DNA of 64,000 nucleotides from Thermoanaerobaculia bacterium (lineage in GTDB: Bacteria > Acidobacteriota > Thermoanaerobaculia > UBA5066), in the NCBI GenBank assembly GCA_963719225.1, contig CAVRAY010000001.1:2112001-2176000 (forward strand). Direction: 5' to 3'. The position numbers and the translations under genes are program-made. This document shows positions 41,130 through 50,400 of the stretch, piece after piece (position 1 is the stretch's first letter; the number at the start of each line of letters is the position of its first letter). The notes beneath the pieces are model-generated. The model did no database searches. It worked only from the letters and a program-made list of their open reading frames with translations, and was not told where the DNA came from.

Positions 41130-42392
41130 CTACGCGCGCGCCGACGCCGGCGGCGACGGCCGCCGCGCCAGGAACTCGGCGATAAGCGCGACCACCGCCA
41201 GCACAGCGGCCGTGTAGAAAGCTGCCTGGTAGTTCTTGTACTTGTCGAAGAGCACGCCGCCGATCCTCGGTCCGATGAAGCCCGCGACGCCCCAGGCGGT
41301 GAACAGAATGCCGTAGTTGATGCCGACGTTCTTCGTCCCCCAGAAGTCGGCGGTCGTGGAGGCGTTCACAGAAAGCTGCGTGCCGTAGCACCAGTAGACG
41401 ATGAACACCATGATGTAGAGCATCGCGACGTTGCTGCCGGTGAGGTAGAGAATGGGCATGGAAATGGCCGAAATGGCGATCATCAGGCGCAAGACGTTGA
41501 GGCGACCCATGGCGTCGGACATCCAGCCTGACAGGATTCGACCGGAGGCGTTGCCTGCTGCGCCGATGACGAGTCCGATGACGGGGAGAGCCGACCCGGG
41601 AATCCCCTCGCTCTTGGCGAACGGGATCAGCTGGCTGATGACCATGAGGCCGGCGGCGCAGCCCAGGCAGTAGGCGATCCACATGAAATACGCCGCAGGG
41701 GTTTTCCACATCTCGCCGGGGGTGAACTCGTACGTCGTCGCCAGGGACTTCGGTTTCGACGCCGGCACCCAGCCCGGCACCGTGTACCCGGCCGGAGGGT
41801 TCTTCAGCAGGAACGCTCCGACGAGGGTCATCACGAAGAAGATGACGCCGAGGATGGCGAACGTGGCGCGCCACCCGTACGTCGGGATCAGCCAAAGGTT
41901 GGCGAGCGGCCCGAAGATCGCCGAGCCGCCGCCGTAGCCGGCGACGGCAAGGCCGACGGCCAGACCGCGCTTGTCCGGGAACCATTTCGACATGACGGGG
42001 ATCGGCGTCGCGTAGCCGAATCCGTTACCGATGCCGACGAGGATTCCGAAGCAGACGATCAGGTACCCGAGGCTGCTCGTCCACATGCAAAGGATGAAGC
42101 CCGTAGTCAGGAGGATGCAGCCGATGAGCGAGACCATGAAGGGACCCAGCTTGTCCTGGAGGCGTCCGGCGACTATGAAGGCGATGGCAAAAACCACGAC
42201 GGCCCACGTGAACACGGCGGACGTGTCCGCTCGCTTCCAGCCGAACTCCTTTTCCAGAGGCGCCACGAAGACGCTCCAGGCGTAGAGCGAGCCCAGGGCC
42301 AGATTCATCAGGAGCCCGCCCACCACGCGCCACCATCGATTCAACCCGACATCCACGGCAGCGGCCCCCGGGCTTGCAGCAGCACTTGACAT
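41130..42392 (-). CDS. OFA/monocarboxylate family MFS transporter
   Basis: GSLYAWSVF, KWFPDKRGLA, GLMVISQ, NASGRILSG, FWGTKNVGINYG; about 12 TM segments. Confidence 0.9.
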   Translation of the reverse strand: MSSAAASPGAAAVDVGLNRWWRVVGGLLMNLALGSLYAWSVFVAPLEKEFGWKRADTSAVFTWAVVVFAIAFIVAGRLQDKLGPFMVSLIGCILLTTGFILCMWTSSLGYLIVCFGILVGIGNGFGYATPIPVMSKWFPDKRGLAVGLAVAGYGGGSAIFGPLANLWLIPTYGWRATFAILGVIFFVMTLVGAFLLKNPPAGYTVPGWVPASKPKSLATTYEFTPGEMWKTPAAYFMWIAYCLGCAAGLMVISQLIPFAKSEGIPGSALPVIGLVIGAAGNASGRILSGWMSDAMGRLNVLRLMIAISAISMPILYLTGSNVAMLYIMVFIVYWCYGTQLSVNASTTADFWGTKNVGINYGILFTAWGVAGFIGPRIGGVLFDKYKNYQAAFYTAAVLAVVALIAEFLARRPSPPASARA

Positions 42393-42711
42393 ACTAGAGC
42401 CTCCCTTCCTTTCGGTTCATGGCGTTCCAGAAACTGGGGAACGACGACGATCTTGTCTTAGTCTCCTTTTTCAGTTCGATCCAGCTTTTTGTGTCGCGTT
42501 AACGCAAAAGAATAAGAGCGCGCCCTGCGCGTCGAGACGGCCGGCCCGAACCTCACGACGGCCGGGTCGCCGCTACGCAATCGCGCGGAGCGGACTCCAA
42601 ATCCTGAATTCATGGCAAACAAGACTGGGCGCGAGTCTTTCACTCTGGCGTTTTAAGTCAAGTGCAAAGACCGGCTCGGGGTTAGTGCAGATGCATCACC
42701 TCGGTACGGAA

Positions 42712-42749
42712 GATTCCTGTTGACGCGGAATCCACCTAGTGACTATCGT
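42712..42749 (+). promoter_or_regulatory. Putative porin promoter with overlapping palindrome
   Basis: TTGACG (42720)-18 bp-TATCGT (42744); GATTCC-N9-GGAATC (42712-42732) spans the -35 box. Confidence 0.5.
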
Positions 42750-42812
42750 TTTCTCCATAAGATGCGCTTCAGTGTTGCCGCTCATCGGCGTGCTGACTTG
42801 AAGGAGGATGGT

Positions 42813-43949
42813 GTGCGTTCAAGGATTCTTTCGAATCGATTGACCCTCGTCTCCGTGGCTCTGCTCGTCCTGCTGCTGCCGGCCGTCGCGAATGCGCAGG
42901 CCATCGTCAAGGTGAACGACGTCGTGAACTTCCGGCTCGGCATCCTGCTGCAAGCCTGGGGCGACTGGAACGGCCAGTCCACTGCCACGGGCGATACGGC
43001 CGGCTTCCAGCAGAACCTGTTCCTGCGCCGAGCGCGCTTCTTCCTCGGCGGGCAGGTGGCGAAGGACGTCACGTTCTTCTTCATGACCGACAACCCGAAC
43101 CTCGGGAAGTCGACCCAAACGGTGGCGGGCGGCGCGGGCGGCAAAGCGCCCGGCACGGGGTTCATCGTTCAGGACGCGTTCTTGTCCTGGAAGGTCGCGA
43201 ACGAGTTCAGCCTCCAGGGAGGCCTGATCCTCATTCCGCTCTGCCGCAACTGCAACTCGAGCGCCGTGAGCCTCGTGACGATGGACTACGGGACCTGGTC
43301 GTTCCAGGAGAGCGGCTCGACGCAGTCGTCGGTCGGGCGCGATACCGGGTTCCAGGCCCTGGGCTACTTCGCGGGTGACCATCTCGAGTACCGAGCCGGC
43401 GTCTACTCCGGCTTCCGGGCTCCCGGCGTGAAGAACTCCTTCCGGTTCACGGGGCGCCTCCAGTACAACGTGTTCGACGTGGAGAAAGGCCAGTTCTACG
43501 CGGGCACGTACTTCGGCAAGAAGAAGATCCTCGCGATCGGCGGCAGCTACGACGTGCAGAGCGACTACAGCGCGTACGCCGGCGACGTCTTCTTCGACTA
43601 TCCCGTCGGCGACAACGGCATCACGGTGCAGGGCGACTTCATTCACTATGACGGCGGCGTCACGTTCAACACCGCGGCGCTCTTGAAGCAGGACGACATC
43701 TACGCCGAGGCTGGGTTCTTCATCAAATCGCTCAAGCTCATGCCGTTCGTGCGGTACGAGCAGCAGGAGTACTCGGACGACGTGAACAAGGGGCTCAACA
43801 GGCAGAAGTTCCAGGGGGGCTTCGGCTGGTACCCCTACATGTCGAACTTCAACATCAAGGCCGGGTTCACGCGCACGGAGGCTCCAGACAACAAGAACGT
43901 GGCCTCGACGAACCAGTACACGATCCAGGTTCAGGTCTTCTACTACTAA
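42813..43949 (+). CDS. Outer-membrane porin (OprO/OprP/FmdC-like)
   Basis: GTG after AAGGAGGA; signal peptide ..ANA-Q; FLRRARF, GRDTG, amphipathic beta strands, C-terminal aromatic residues (QVFYY). Confidence 0.82.
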   Translation: MRSRILSNRLTLVSVALLVLLLPAVANAQAIVKVNDVVNFRLGILLQAWGDWNGQSTATGDTAGFQQNLFLRRARFFLGGQVAKDVTFFFMTDNPNLGKSTQTVAGGAGGKAPGTGFIVQDAFLSWKVANEFSLQGGLILIPLCRNCNSSAVSLVTMDYGTWSFQESGSTQSSVGRDTGFQALGYFAGDHLEYRAGVYSGFRAPGVKNSFRFTGRLQYNVFDVEKGQFYAGTYFGKKKILAIGGSYDVQSDYSAYAGDVFFDYPVGDNGITVQGDFIHYDGGVTFNTAALLKQDDIYAEAGFFIKSLKLMPFVRYEQQEYSDDVNKGLNRQKFQGGFGWYPYMSNFNIKAGFTRTEAPDNKNVASTNQYTIQVQVFYY

Positions 43950-43967
43950 GTCCTCTCCGTGCAGCTC

Positions 43968-43990
43968 CGCGGGGCGCGATGCGCCCCGCG
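43968..43990. terminator. Hairpin between convergent genes
   Basis: Perfect 10-bp stem CGCGGGGCGC-GAT-GCGCCCCGCG; no clear U-tract. Confidence 0.55.
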
Positions 43991-44008
43991 TGAGCCCGGA
44001 GCGCCCGT

Positions 44009-46627
44009 TCAGGCGACCTTCAGGCTTCCGTCCTCGACCCACCGCGCGAGCAGTCTCCTGACCCGGAACGAGTCGGTTGCGGCCGCGGTCTCGATGGCGC
44101 GCGCGTTGAGGCCTGAAATCGCTTTCGAGAAGACCGACTGCTGGAAAGCGGAATCGGATTCTTCCGGCTCCGCCGAAGGCTCCCCGCTCCCCTGCCTGAA
44201 GATCGCTTCGTCCGGCACGAGCGCGGAACAGCGCTGGAGCTCGTCGTACCGCCGCATCCCCTCGAGAAGGACCGAGACGACCTCACGGAGCGGCTCGTTC
44301 TCGCCGCGGGGGGCGAGGTCCGCCTGCCTGACGAACGCGAACGTCGCGCCTCCCGGCCGCTCGAAGAGCTGATAGCACGCCGCGTCTCCCTGCAGCGGTC
44401 CGCTCTCGGCGGCCCGGATCCGGCCGCCCTCGAGGACGAGTCGCCCCGAGACGGCGCCGGACGCGTTTCGGAGGGTCAACGTCCCGGTAACCTCCGAAGC
44501 CGCGAGGCTCTGGAGAAGAGCCGGCAGCTCGAAGATGGCGAGGTCGCCGGAGAGGCTGGCGGCGCCCGCGCTCTCGTCGGGCCGGGGAGCGTCGAAACCC
44601 GCCAGGGCGCGCGCAGCCGCCTTCGCGAACTCGGTCCCCGGATGACGTTCGACGATGCCCTCGAACGTGCTTCTCACCTGAGGCAGCGGCGTCGAGGAAA
44701 GGGCGTCGATGATCGGCCCGATCTTGTCGTCCTTCTTCTTGAGCGTCAGGCCGAACACCTTGAACGGGAGCTCGGCTTTCAGCCCCTTGAGGAGGACGGC
44801 CACGAGGTCGACGTCCTCCGAGAGATCCTGCCCCGCGAGCTCCGTGAGGCGCGCCCGCGCGTCCCCGAGGCCTCCTTTCCGGCGCAGCCCGTGCTCGACG
44901 ACCACCCTCCTCGCGGTGGCGCTTCCGAAGCGTGCGAGAGCCGAGACCGCGCGGTCGAGAAGGGGTTGCAGCTCGGCTTCATCGAACGGGGAGTCTCCCT
45001 TCTTCACGAGCATCGACTCGAGCCCCTGGACGACCGAAACGAGCGCGGCCTCGGATCTCTCGTGCCGCGCGGTCCCGAGCCCGGCGATCGCTTCCTTCAC
45101 CAGGGGTGGAGGCAGCGCGGGGTCCGCGAGCGAAATCAGCACGTCGAGCTCGCCGCTGGTCGGCTCTTCCGTCGCGCGCGGGATGCGCCGGACGAGGTAG
45201 AGGAGGTTGCGCTTGAAGTGCCAGTCGGCCGCGAGATCGCCTCCCGGCGTTCCCTCGAGGAGGCCGAGAGCCGTCGCGCGGGCCTCCGCGCCGTGGATTT
45301 CGAGAAGCGAGAGCAGCAGGCGCCGGCGTTCGCGCTTTTCTTCGACGTGCAACTCGTCGATCAGCCTGGACGCCGTCAGGCCCGGGAAGAACGAGAGGAT
45401 CCGGGCGAGAGGCTCGTGGTTTCGGGAGTCCTCGCCGAGAGAGCGAACGCGCTCGAGGTCCACGTTCTCCTGCGCTTTTCGGCGCGCGCTTTCCGCCTGC
45501 ACGGAGTCGACCTTGTTCTCGGCGACGATCTTTTCGGCGACCGCGAACATGCGTGCCGCCCGCGCGAGCGAGCCCTGATTGAGCTGCTCCACGGCGGCGT
45601 TCACCATTTCGCCGAAGCGGCGGCCGATCTCCTCGGGATTCTCGGGCAGCGTGACGATGCGCCGCATCGCCGACGTCGGGGCGCGCGTCGACGCCATGAG
45701 CGCCTGTTCGATCGGTGCGGACGGGGCCGACACCGACCAGGGCGAAACCTGGCGTCCGAGCGTCCGAAACGCCTCGGCCGTCGGGACGTCCACACCCATG
45801 CTCCGAAGCTTGTCGAGCGCGGCGTGCAACTCGGCATCCGTACGCGCGGCCATCGCCGCCACCGAGAGAATCTGCGACAGGAGGACGTCGCGCCGCTGCG
45901 CACTCGCTCCCGGCAGCGCGGCGGCGGCCGCCCCTCCCACGAGGGCGGCCCCGGCCGCGCTGGCGGCGGCTCTCGCAGACGTGGACGCGCCCGCGACACC
46001 GCGGCTTGCGACCGGCTGTGCCGGGGGGGCAGATCCGCCCGGGGCGAGCATCGGACCGAGGCGCTCGATCAGGAACGAGAGCTCGCGCAGGTGAGAGGCG
46101 GGTTCGGGAAGCCTTTCTCCGCCCCTGCGACCGCTCGCCGTCACGGCGTCTTCGGCGAGGCCGCCCTGGCGCCGAAGGAATTCGACCGGGGCCGCCAGCA
46201 TGCTCTCCGTCATGCCCAGGCGGCCGAGATTCTGGGCGAGAAGCTCGCGGTCCGCGGCCGGACAGAGGTCGAGAACGAGCGGTTTCAGATCGTCGAGGTA
46301 GCGCTGGAGCGAGTCTTTCGGTACGAGGTGGTACTGACCCATCGCGTGCAGCTTTTCCACGGCGTGGTAGAGATAGTCCGACACCGGCACCGGCTTTCCG
46401 CTCCGAAACTGCGCCGCGGTCCAGGTCTGGATCTCGTTCGCCGCGAGGTCGACGGGATAGTCGAGCAGGAGATTGACGGAATCGGCGACCATGAGCGGCG
46501 CCAGGGTGTCGGACAGGTACCGCTGGAGCTCGAAGAGCGCCTCCCGGACGTCCGGGTCGAGCGGTTGCTGTTCCTCTTCCCTCGACACGCTGGAAAGCTC
46601 CCCCGAGGCCTCCGGTCGCCGAGGCAT
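44009..46627 (-). CDS. Large helical protein with C-terminal DUF4388 (PatA-N-like) domain
   Basis: LSGDLAIFELPALLQSL...TGTLTL..EGMRRYDE; HEAT-like helical middle region. Confidence 0.75.
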   Translation of the reverse strand: MPRRPEASGELSSVSREEEQQPLDPDVREALFELQRYLSDTLAPLMVADSVNLLLDYPVDLAANEIQTWTAAQFRSGKPVPVSDYLYHAVEKLHAMGQYHLVPKDSLQRYLDDLKPLVLDLCPAADRELLAQNLGRLGMTESMLAAPVEFLRRQGGLAEDAVTASGRRGGERLPEPASHLRELSFLIERLGPMLAPGGSAPPAQPVASRGVAGASTSARAAASAAGAALVGGAAAAALPGASAQRRDVLLSQILSVAAMAARTDAELHAALDKLRSMGVDVPTAEAFRTLGRQVSPWSVSAPSAPIEQALMASTRAPTSAMRRIVTLPENPEEIGRRFGEMVNAAVEQLNQGSLARAARMFAVAEKIVAENKVDSVQAESARRKAQENVDLERVRSLGEDSRNHEPLARILSFFPGLTASRLIDELHVEEKRERRRLLLSLLEIHGAEARATALGLLEGTPGGDLAADWHFKRNLLYLVRRIPRATEEPTSGELDVLISLADPALPPPLVKEAIAGLGTARHERSEAALVSVVQGLESMLVKKGDSPFDEAELQPLLDRAVSALARFGSATARRVVVEHGLRRKGGLGDARARLTELAGQDLSEDVDLVAVLLKGLKAELPFKVFGLTLKKKDDKIGPIIDALSSTPLPQVRSTFEGIVERHPGTEFAKAAARALAGFDAPRPDESAGAASLSGDLAIFELPALLQSLAASEVTGTLTLRNASGAVSGRLVLEGGRIRAAESGPLQGDAACYQLFERPGGATFAFVRQADLAPRGENEPLREVVSVLLEGMRRYDELQRCSALVPDEAIFRQGSGEPSAEPEESDSAFQQSVFSKAISGLNARAIETAAATDSFRVRRLLARWVEDGSLKVA

Positions 46628-46753
46628 CCGAGCTGCGTGGTGACCTTGAAGCGCAACGATCGTAGCACGCAGCGGGGGCGTGCTCGCCGATCAACCGGAG
46701 GCGCCAAGGTCCCCGCTTGGCTTCCGCCGCCGGAGAAACGTATCGTCCGGGCC

Positions 46754-48514
46754 ATGCCTCTCGAGGAATATCGCAAGAAGCGCCGCTTCTCGGTCACGAA
46801 AGAGCCCGCGGGCGGGAACGCACCTAAAAAACGGGCGGCCGGCCTCGCCTATGTCATCCAGAAGCACCGCGCCACCGCGCTGCATTACGACTTCCGCCTC
46901 GAGTGGAAAAGCGTGCTGTTGTCGTGGGCCGTGCCGAAAGGCCCGTCGCTCGACCCGTCGGTGAAGCGGTTCGCCACCCACGTGGAGGATCACCCGATCG
47001 AATACGCTGCCTTCGAGGGGATCATTCCGGCGGGCGAGTACGGCGGGGGCACCGTCATGATCTGGGACAACGGGACGTGGACTCCGGAGACGCCCGACGT
47101 GGAGGCCGCCCTGAAGAAGGGCGAGCTGAAATTCGCACTTTCCGGAAAGAAGCTGAAGGGCTCGTGGGTTCTCGTGCGGACGAAGGGCTGGGGCAGCTCG
47201 TCCAAGCCCACGTGGCTCCTCATCAAACACCGGGACGACTTCGCCTCGGTGGAGGACATCGCGGAAACCCAGCCCCGGTCCGTCGTGTCGAATCGACTGC
47301 TGACCGAGATCGCGATCGACGAGGGCGGCGACGTCGAGAAAGCCTCGACGGGCGATCCCGTGAGCGAGGTCGAGAAGCTCCTGAAGCAGCCGAAGCTCCT
47401 CGATCGGAAGAAGAAGAAAACGCCTTCGGTCTGGCATTCGAACAGGAGCGTGGCGGAAAACGTGAAGTCCGAAGAGCACGAGGAGAAGATTTCTTCGAAG
47501 GGTAAGAGGGGGAAGGAAACCGCGCAGGCGACGCCGACGCACGGCGAAAAGTCGACGCGCGCATCGAAAGCCATACCCCTTTCTAAGAGATCTTCGTCTT
47601 CCTCTTCGTCTCCCTCTTCGTCTCCCTCTTCCTCAAAATACTCGTTCCCCGTCCCCGTCTCGAACCCCGACAAGGTTTTCTGGCCCGAAGAGGGATACAC
47701 GAAGGCGGATCTCGTCGCGTTCTATCAAGGCATCTTTCCGAGCCTGAAGCCCTACGTGGACGAGCGTCCGCTCTCCCTCGAGCGGTGTCCGGACGGGATG
47801 GGGGGCCAGTGCTTCTACCAGAAGGAGAAGCCGGCCGGGATGCCGAAGGACACCCGCACGGTGCCGGTCAAGCACGGGCGCGGCGTCACGAACACCGTCG
47901 TGGGCGGGAAGCTCGAAACGCAGCTCGCCCTCGCGAACCTCGGCTGCATTGCCGTCCACGCGTGGAACAGCCGCGCCGAAGACCTCGACCGGCCCGACTG
48001 GGTGTGCTTCGACCTCGACCCGGACACGGGCGAGATGGTCGACGCCGTGAACGCCGCGCTGAAGGTGAAGCAGGCCCTGGACGCGCTCGACCTCGTGGCT
48101 TTCGTGAAGACGTCGGGAGGGAAGGGCCTGCACATCTTCCTGCCGATCAAGCCGGGCCCGGACACGAAGGAAGTCACCTGGTTCGCCAAGGAGCTGGCGA
48201 CGCGCCTCACCGCCGCGTACCCGAAGGAGCTGACCGTGGAGATGCGCATCGCGGCGCGGAAAGGCCGCGTCTTCCTCGACTCTTTCCGAAACGCGCTCGG
48301 CCAGACCGTCGTCACGCCGTACTCGGTACGCAGGCGCCCGCACGCACCGGTCTCGACGCCGCTCGAATGGTCCGAGGTGAAGACATCCCTGAAGGCGGCC
48401 GACTTCAACCTCGGCAACTACGCCGAGCGGCTCCGGAAGAGAGACCCGTGGGCCAGGTTCTTCCGAAGCCGTCAGTCGCTGAAAAAGGCGATGGGCGCGC
48501 TGAAGAAGCTCTGA
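46754..48514 (+). CDS. ligD: LigD-like 3'-phosphoesterase + primase-polymerase (no ligase domain)
   Basis: ATG 46754; VIQKHRATALHYDFRLE, SWAVPKGPS, HVEDHP; SNPDKVFWP, FDLDP, KTSGGKGLH, TPYSVR. Confidence 0.88.
   Translation: MPLEEYRKKRRFSVTKEPAGGNAPKKRAAGLAYVIQKHRATALHYDFRLEWKSVLLSWAVPKGPSLDPSVKRFATHVEDHPIEYAAFEGIIPAGEYGGGTVMIWDNGTWTPETPDVEAALKKGELKFALSGKKLKGSWVLVRTKGWGSSSKPTWLLIKHRDDFASVEDIAETQPRSVVSNRLLTEIAIDEGGDVEKASTGDPVSEVEKLLKQPKLLDRKKKKTPSVWHSNRSVAENVKSEEHEEKISSKGKRGKETAQATPTHGEKSTRASKAIPLSKRSSSSSSSPSSSPSSSKYSFPVPVSNPDKVFWPEEGYTKADLVAFYQGIFPSLKPYVDERPLSLERCPDGMGGQCFYQKEKPAGMPKDTRTVPVKHGRGVTNTVVGGKLETQLALANLGCIAVHAWNSRAEDLDRPDWVCFDLDPDTGEMVDAVNAALKVKQALDALDLVAFVKTSGGKGLHIFLPIKPGPDTKEVTWFAKELATRLTAAYPKELTVEMRIAARKGRVFLDSFRNALGQTVVTPYSVRRRPHAPVSTPLEWSEVKTSLKAADFNLGNYAERLRKRDPWARFFRSRQSLKKAMGALKKL
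47481..47633. repeat. Inverted pair of the motif in the LigD linker
   Basis: GAAGATTTCTTCGAAGGGTAAGAGGGG (core 47491-47499) versus TACCCCTTTCTAAGAGATCTTC (47581-47589), followed by a CT-rich tract. Confidence 0.7.
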
Positions 48515-48515
48515 G

Positions 48516-49163
48516 CTACTTCTTCCGGGTGTACTGGACTTCGAGCGACTTGAACATCTTGCCGTCGGGCCCCGTCGCCCACATCTGGTAGGTGTGGTGG
48601 TCGTCGTCCGTCACCGTCAGAATTCCCTTGACCTTGGTGGGCTTCTTCATGACGACGTCGTCCATCGTGGACCAGAAGGTGAACTTCTTCCCGGAGGCGT
48701 CCACGGTCCCGGTCGAGGTCATGAGCATCGTCCCCATGCTGTCCGCCCACGAGCCGACGTATTTCTTCTTGTAATTGTCGTACCCGGTCAGTCCCATGCC
48801 GTGGAACGGCTGGCCCATCGCCGTGCCTTCCACGTGCTCCTCCACGAACCGGCCGCCGAGCACCCACTTGCTCTCGGTCGTGCCGGTCGACTCCTCCGGG
48901 GGTTTCGAGGGATCCATCCACATTTTCGTCACCGCCGTGAAGGAGCCGACCATCGGCTCCAGCTTCTTGTGCGCCTCGCCGGGCGTCGCCACCGCCATCC
49001 AGGCCTTCATCATTTCGTCGTGGCTGGGCATGGACGGCTTCGCGGCAGCGGTTCCAGCGGGCTTCGCGGCTTCCTTGGGTTTCTCGTCCCCCAAAGCCGA
49101 ATAGGGGATGAGAAGTGAAAGAGCTGCTGAGAAAATAAGAGCGGAGGTTCGGAAGGGCTTCAT
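48516..49163 (-). CDS. Secreted DUF1579 family protein
   Basis: Signal peptide; PGEAHKKL..VG, GGRF, GLTGYDN..YVGSW.DSMGT. Confidence 0.82.
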   Translation of the reverse strand: MKPFRTSALIFSAALSLLIPYSALGDEKPKEAAKPAGTAAAKPSMPSHDEMMKAWMAVATPGEAHKKLEPMVGSFTAVTKMWMDPSKPPEESTGTTESKWVLGGRFVEEHVEGTAMGQPFHGMGLTGYDNYKKKYVGSWADSMGTMLMTSTGTVDASGKKFTFWSTMDDVVMKKPTKVKGILTVTDDDHHTYQMWATGPDGKMFKSLEVQYTRKK

Positions 49164-49177
49164 CGTTTTCTCCTCCT

Positions 49178-49603
49178 TTAAACCAGCTTCGCGTTCAGGT
49201 TGATCTGCGCCCCGGTGAAGAGCTTCGAAATCGGGCAGCCCTTCTTGGCGGCGGCCGCGATCTCCTGGAACTTCGCGTTGTCGATCCCGGGCACCTGGGC
49301 CTCGCAGTCGAGGTCGATCCGCGAAATCGCGAAGCCGCCTTCGCCTTTTTCGAGGTGGACCTTCGCGGTCGTGGCGACGCGAGTCGGAACGAAGCCCGCC
49401 TTGGAGAGCTCGTTCGAGAAAGCCATCGAGAAGCAGCCGGCGTGCGCTGCGCCCGCGAGCTCCTCGGGATTCGTGCCGGTGCCTTCCTCGAAGCGCGACG
49501 CGAACGAGAACTGACCTTCGAAGGCCCCGCTCCCGAGGCGCATCGTGCCCTTTCCCGACTTCAGGTCTCCCTGCCAGACGGCGCTGGCGCTGCGTGCCGG
49601 CAT
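49178..49603 (-). CDS. osmC: OsmC family peroxiredoxin
   Basis: AVWQGDLKSGKG, GTNPEEL.GAAHAGCFSMA, CPIS. Confidence 0.93.
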   Translation of the reverse strand: MPARSASAVWQGDLKSGKGTMRLGSGAFEGQFSFASRFEEGTGTNPEELAGAAHAGCFSMAFSNELSKAGFVPTRVATTAKVHLEKGEGGFAISRIDLDCEAQVPGIDNAKFQEIAAAAKKGCPISKLFTGAQINLNAKLV

Positions 49604-49641
49604 GTGACGTCTCCTTCCCGGGCGGATTCTACGAATCTCCC

Positions 49642-50400
49642 TCAGGAACGCTGCAGAAAAAGCACTATGGTGATGCCGAAACCAATCACGACGATGGCGA
49701 CCCGCGCCTTCACCTTTCCGATTCTCCGTGCGAACCCCGCGCCGATCCATCCCCCCGCGATGGCGCCCGTCATCATCAGGAGGGCGAGCGGCCAGATCAC
49801 GACGCCGTTGAAGATGAACCACGCCGAGGCGACGGTGTTGATGCAGATCCCGAAAAAGTTCTTCAGGCCGTTCATGGCGTGGATGTCCGTCAGGCCCAGG
49901 AAGCCGAGGATCACGAGCATCAGGATGCCGACGCCGGCGCCGAAATAGCCTCCGTAGACGGCGACGAAGAACTGGGCGACGGACGCGAGGGCCCACGAGG
50001 AACGCTCCCCGCCGTCCCGGGACGAGTTCCGGGGCGACCAGAGAACCTGGAAGAGAAAGAGGAGCGTTGCAAAGAGCACGAGATAGGGCGCGAGCCGGGC
50101 AAAGATCTTCTCCGGGGTCAGGAGAAGCAGGACGGAGCCGAGAGCACCCCCGAGGAGGCTCGGGACGAGGAGGCGCGAGAGCCACTGCCGGTGCGTGCTG
50201 ACTTCGCGCCGGTATCCGGCCAGGCTCGAGAGGGCGCCCGGGACGAGGGCCACGGTGGATGTCGCGTTCGCCTGGATCGCGGGTACGCCCGCGAGGAGCA
50301 AAGCGGGAAACGTGAGGATCGTGCCGCCGCCCGCGAGCGCGTTCATGATTCCGGCTGCGATCGCCGAGCCCACGAGGAGCGCGATCCGGGCGGCCGTCAC
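49642..50400 (-). CDS. TauE/SafE sulfite exporter family membrane protein
   Basis: GTG 50400; NALAGGG, YGGYFGAG.G, MNGLKN. Confidence 0.88.
   Translation of the reverse strand: MTAARIALLVGSAIAAGIMNALAGGGTILTFPALLLAGVPAIQANATSTVALVPGALSSLAGYRREVSTHRQWLSRLLVPSLLGGALGSVLLLLTPEKIFARLAPYLVLFATLLFLFQVLWSPRNSSRDGGERSSWALASVAQFFVAVYGGYFGAGVGILMLVILGFLGLTDIHAMNGLKNFFGICINTVASAWFIFNGVVIWPLALLMMTGAIAGGWIGAGFARRIGKVKARVAIVVIGFGITIVLFLQRS

Noticed and set aside
38298-42392. Canonical oxalate catabolism (frc-oxc-oxlT)
   Set aside because: No ThDP-dependent oxalyl-CoA decarboxylase in the window; the transferases are divergent from Frc and the MFS appears to lack the OxlT Lys.
42610-42700. c-di-GMP-I (GEMM) riboswitch suggested by GGCAAAC...GCAAAG
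   Set aside because: Spacing is too long and the GNRA-capped P2 stem is missing; not supportable without cmscan.
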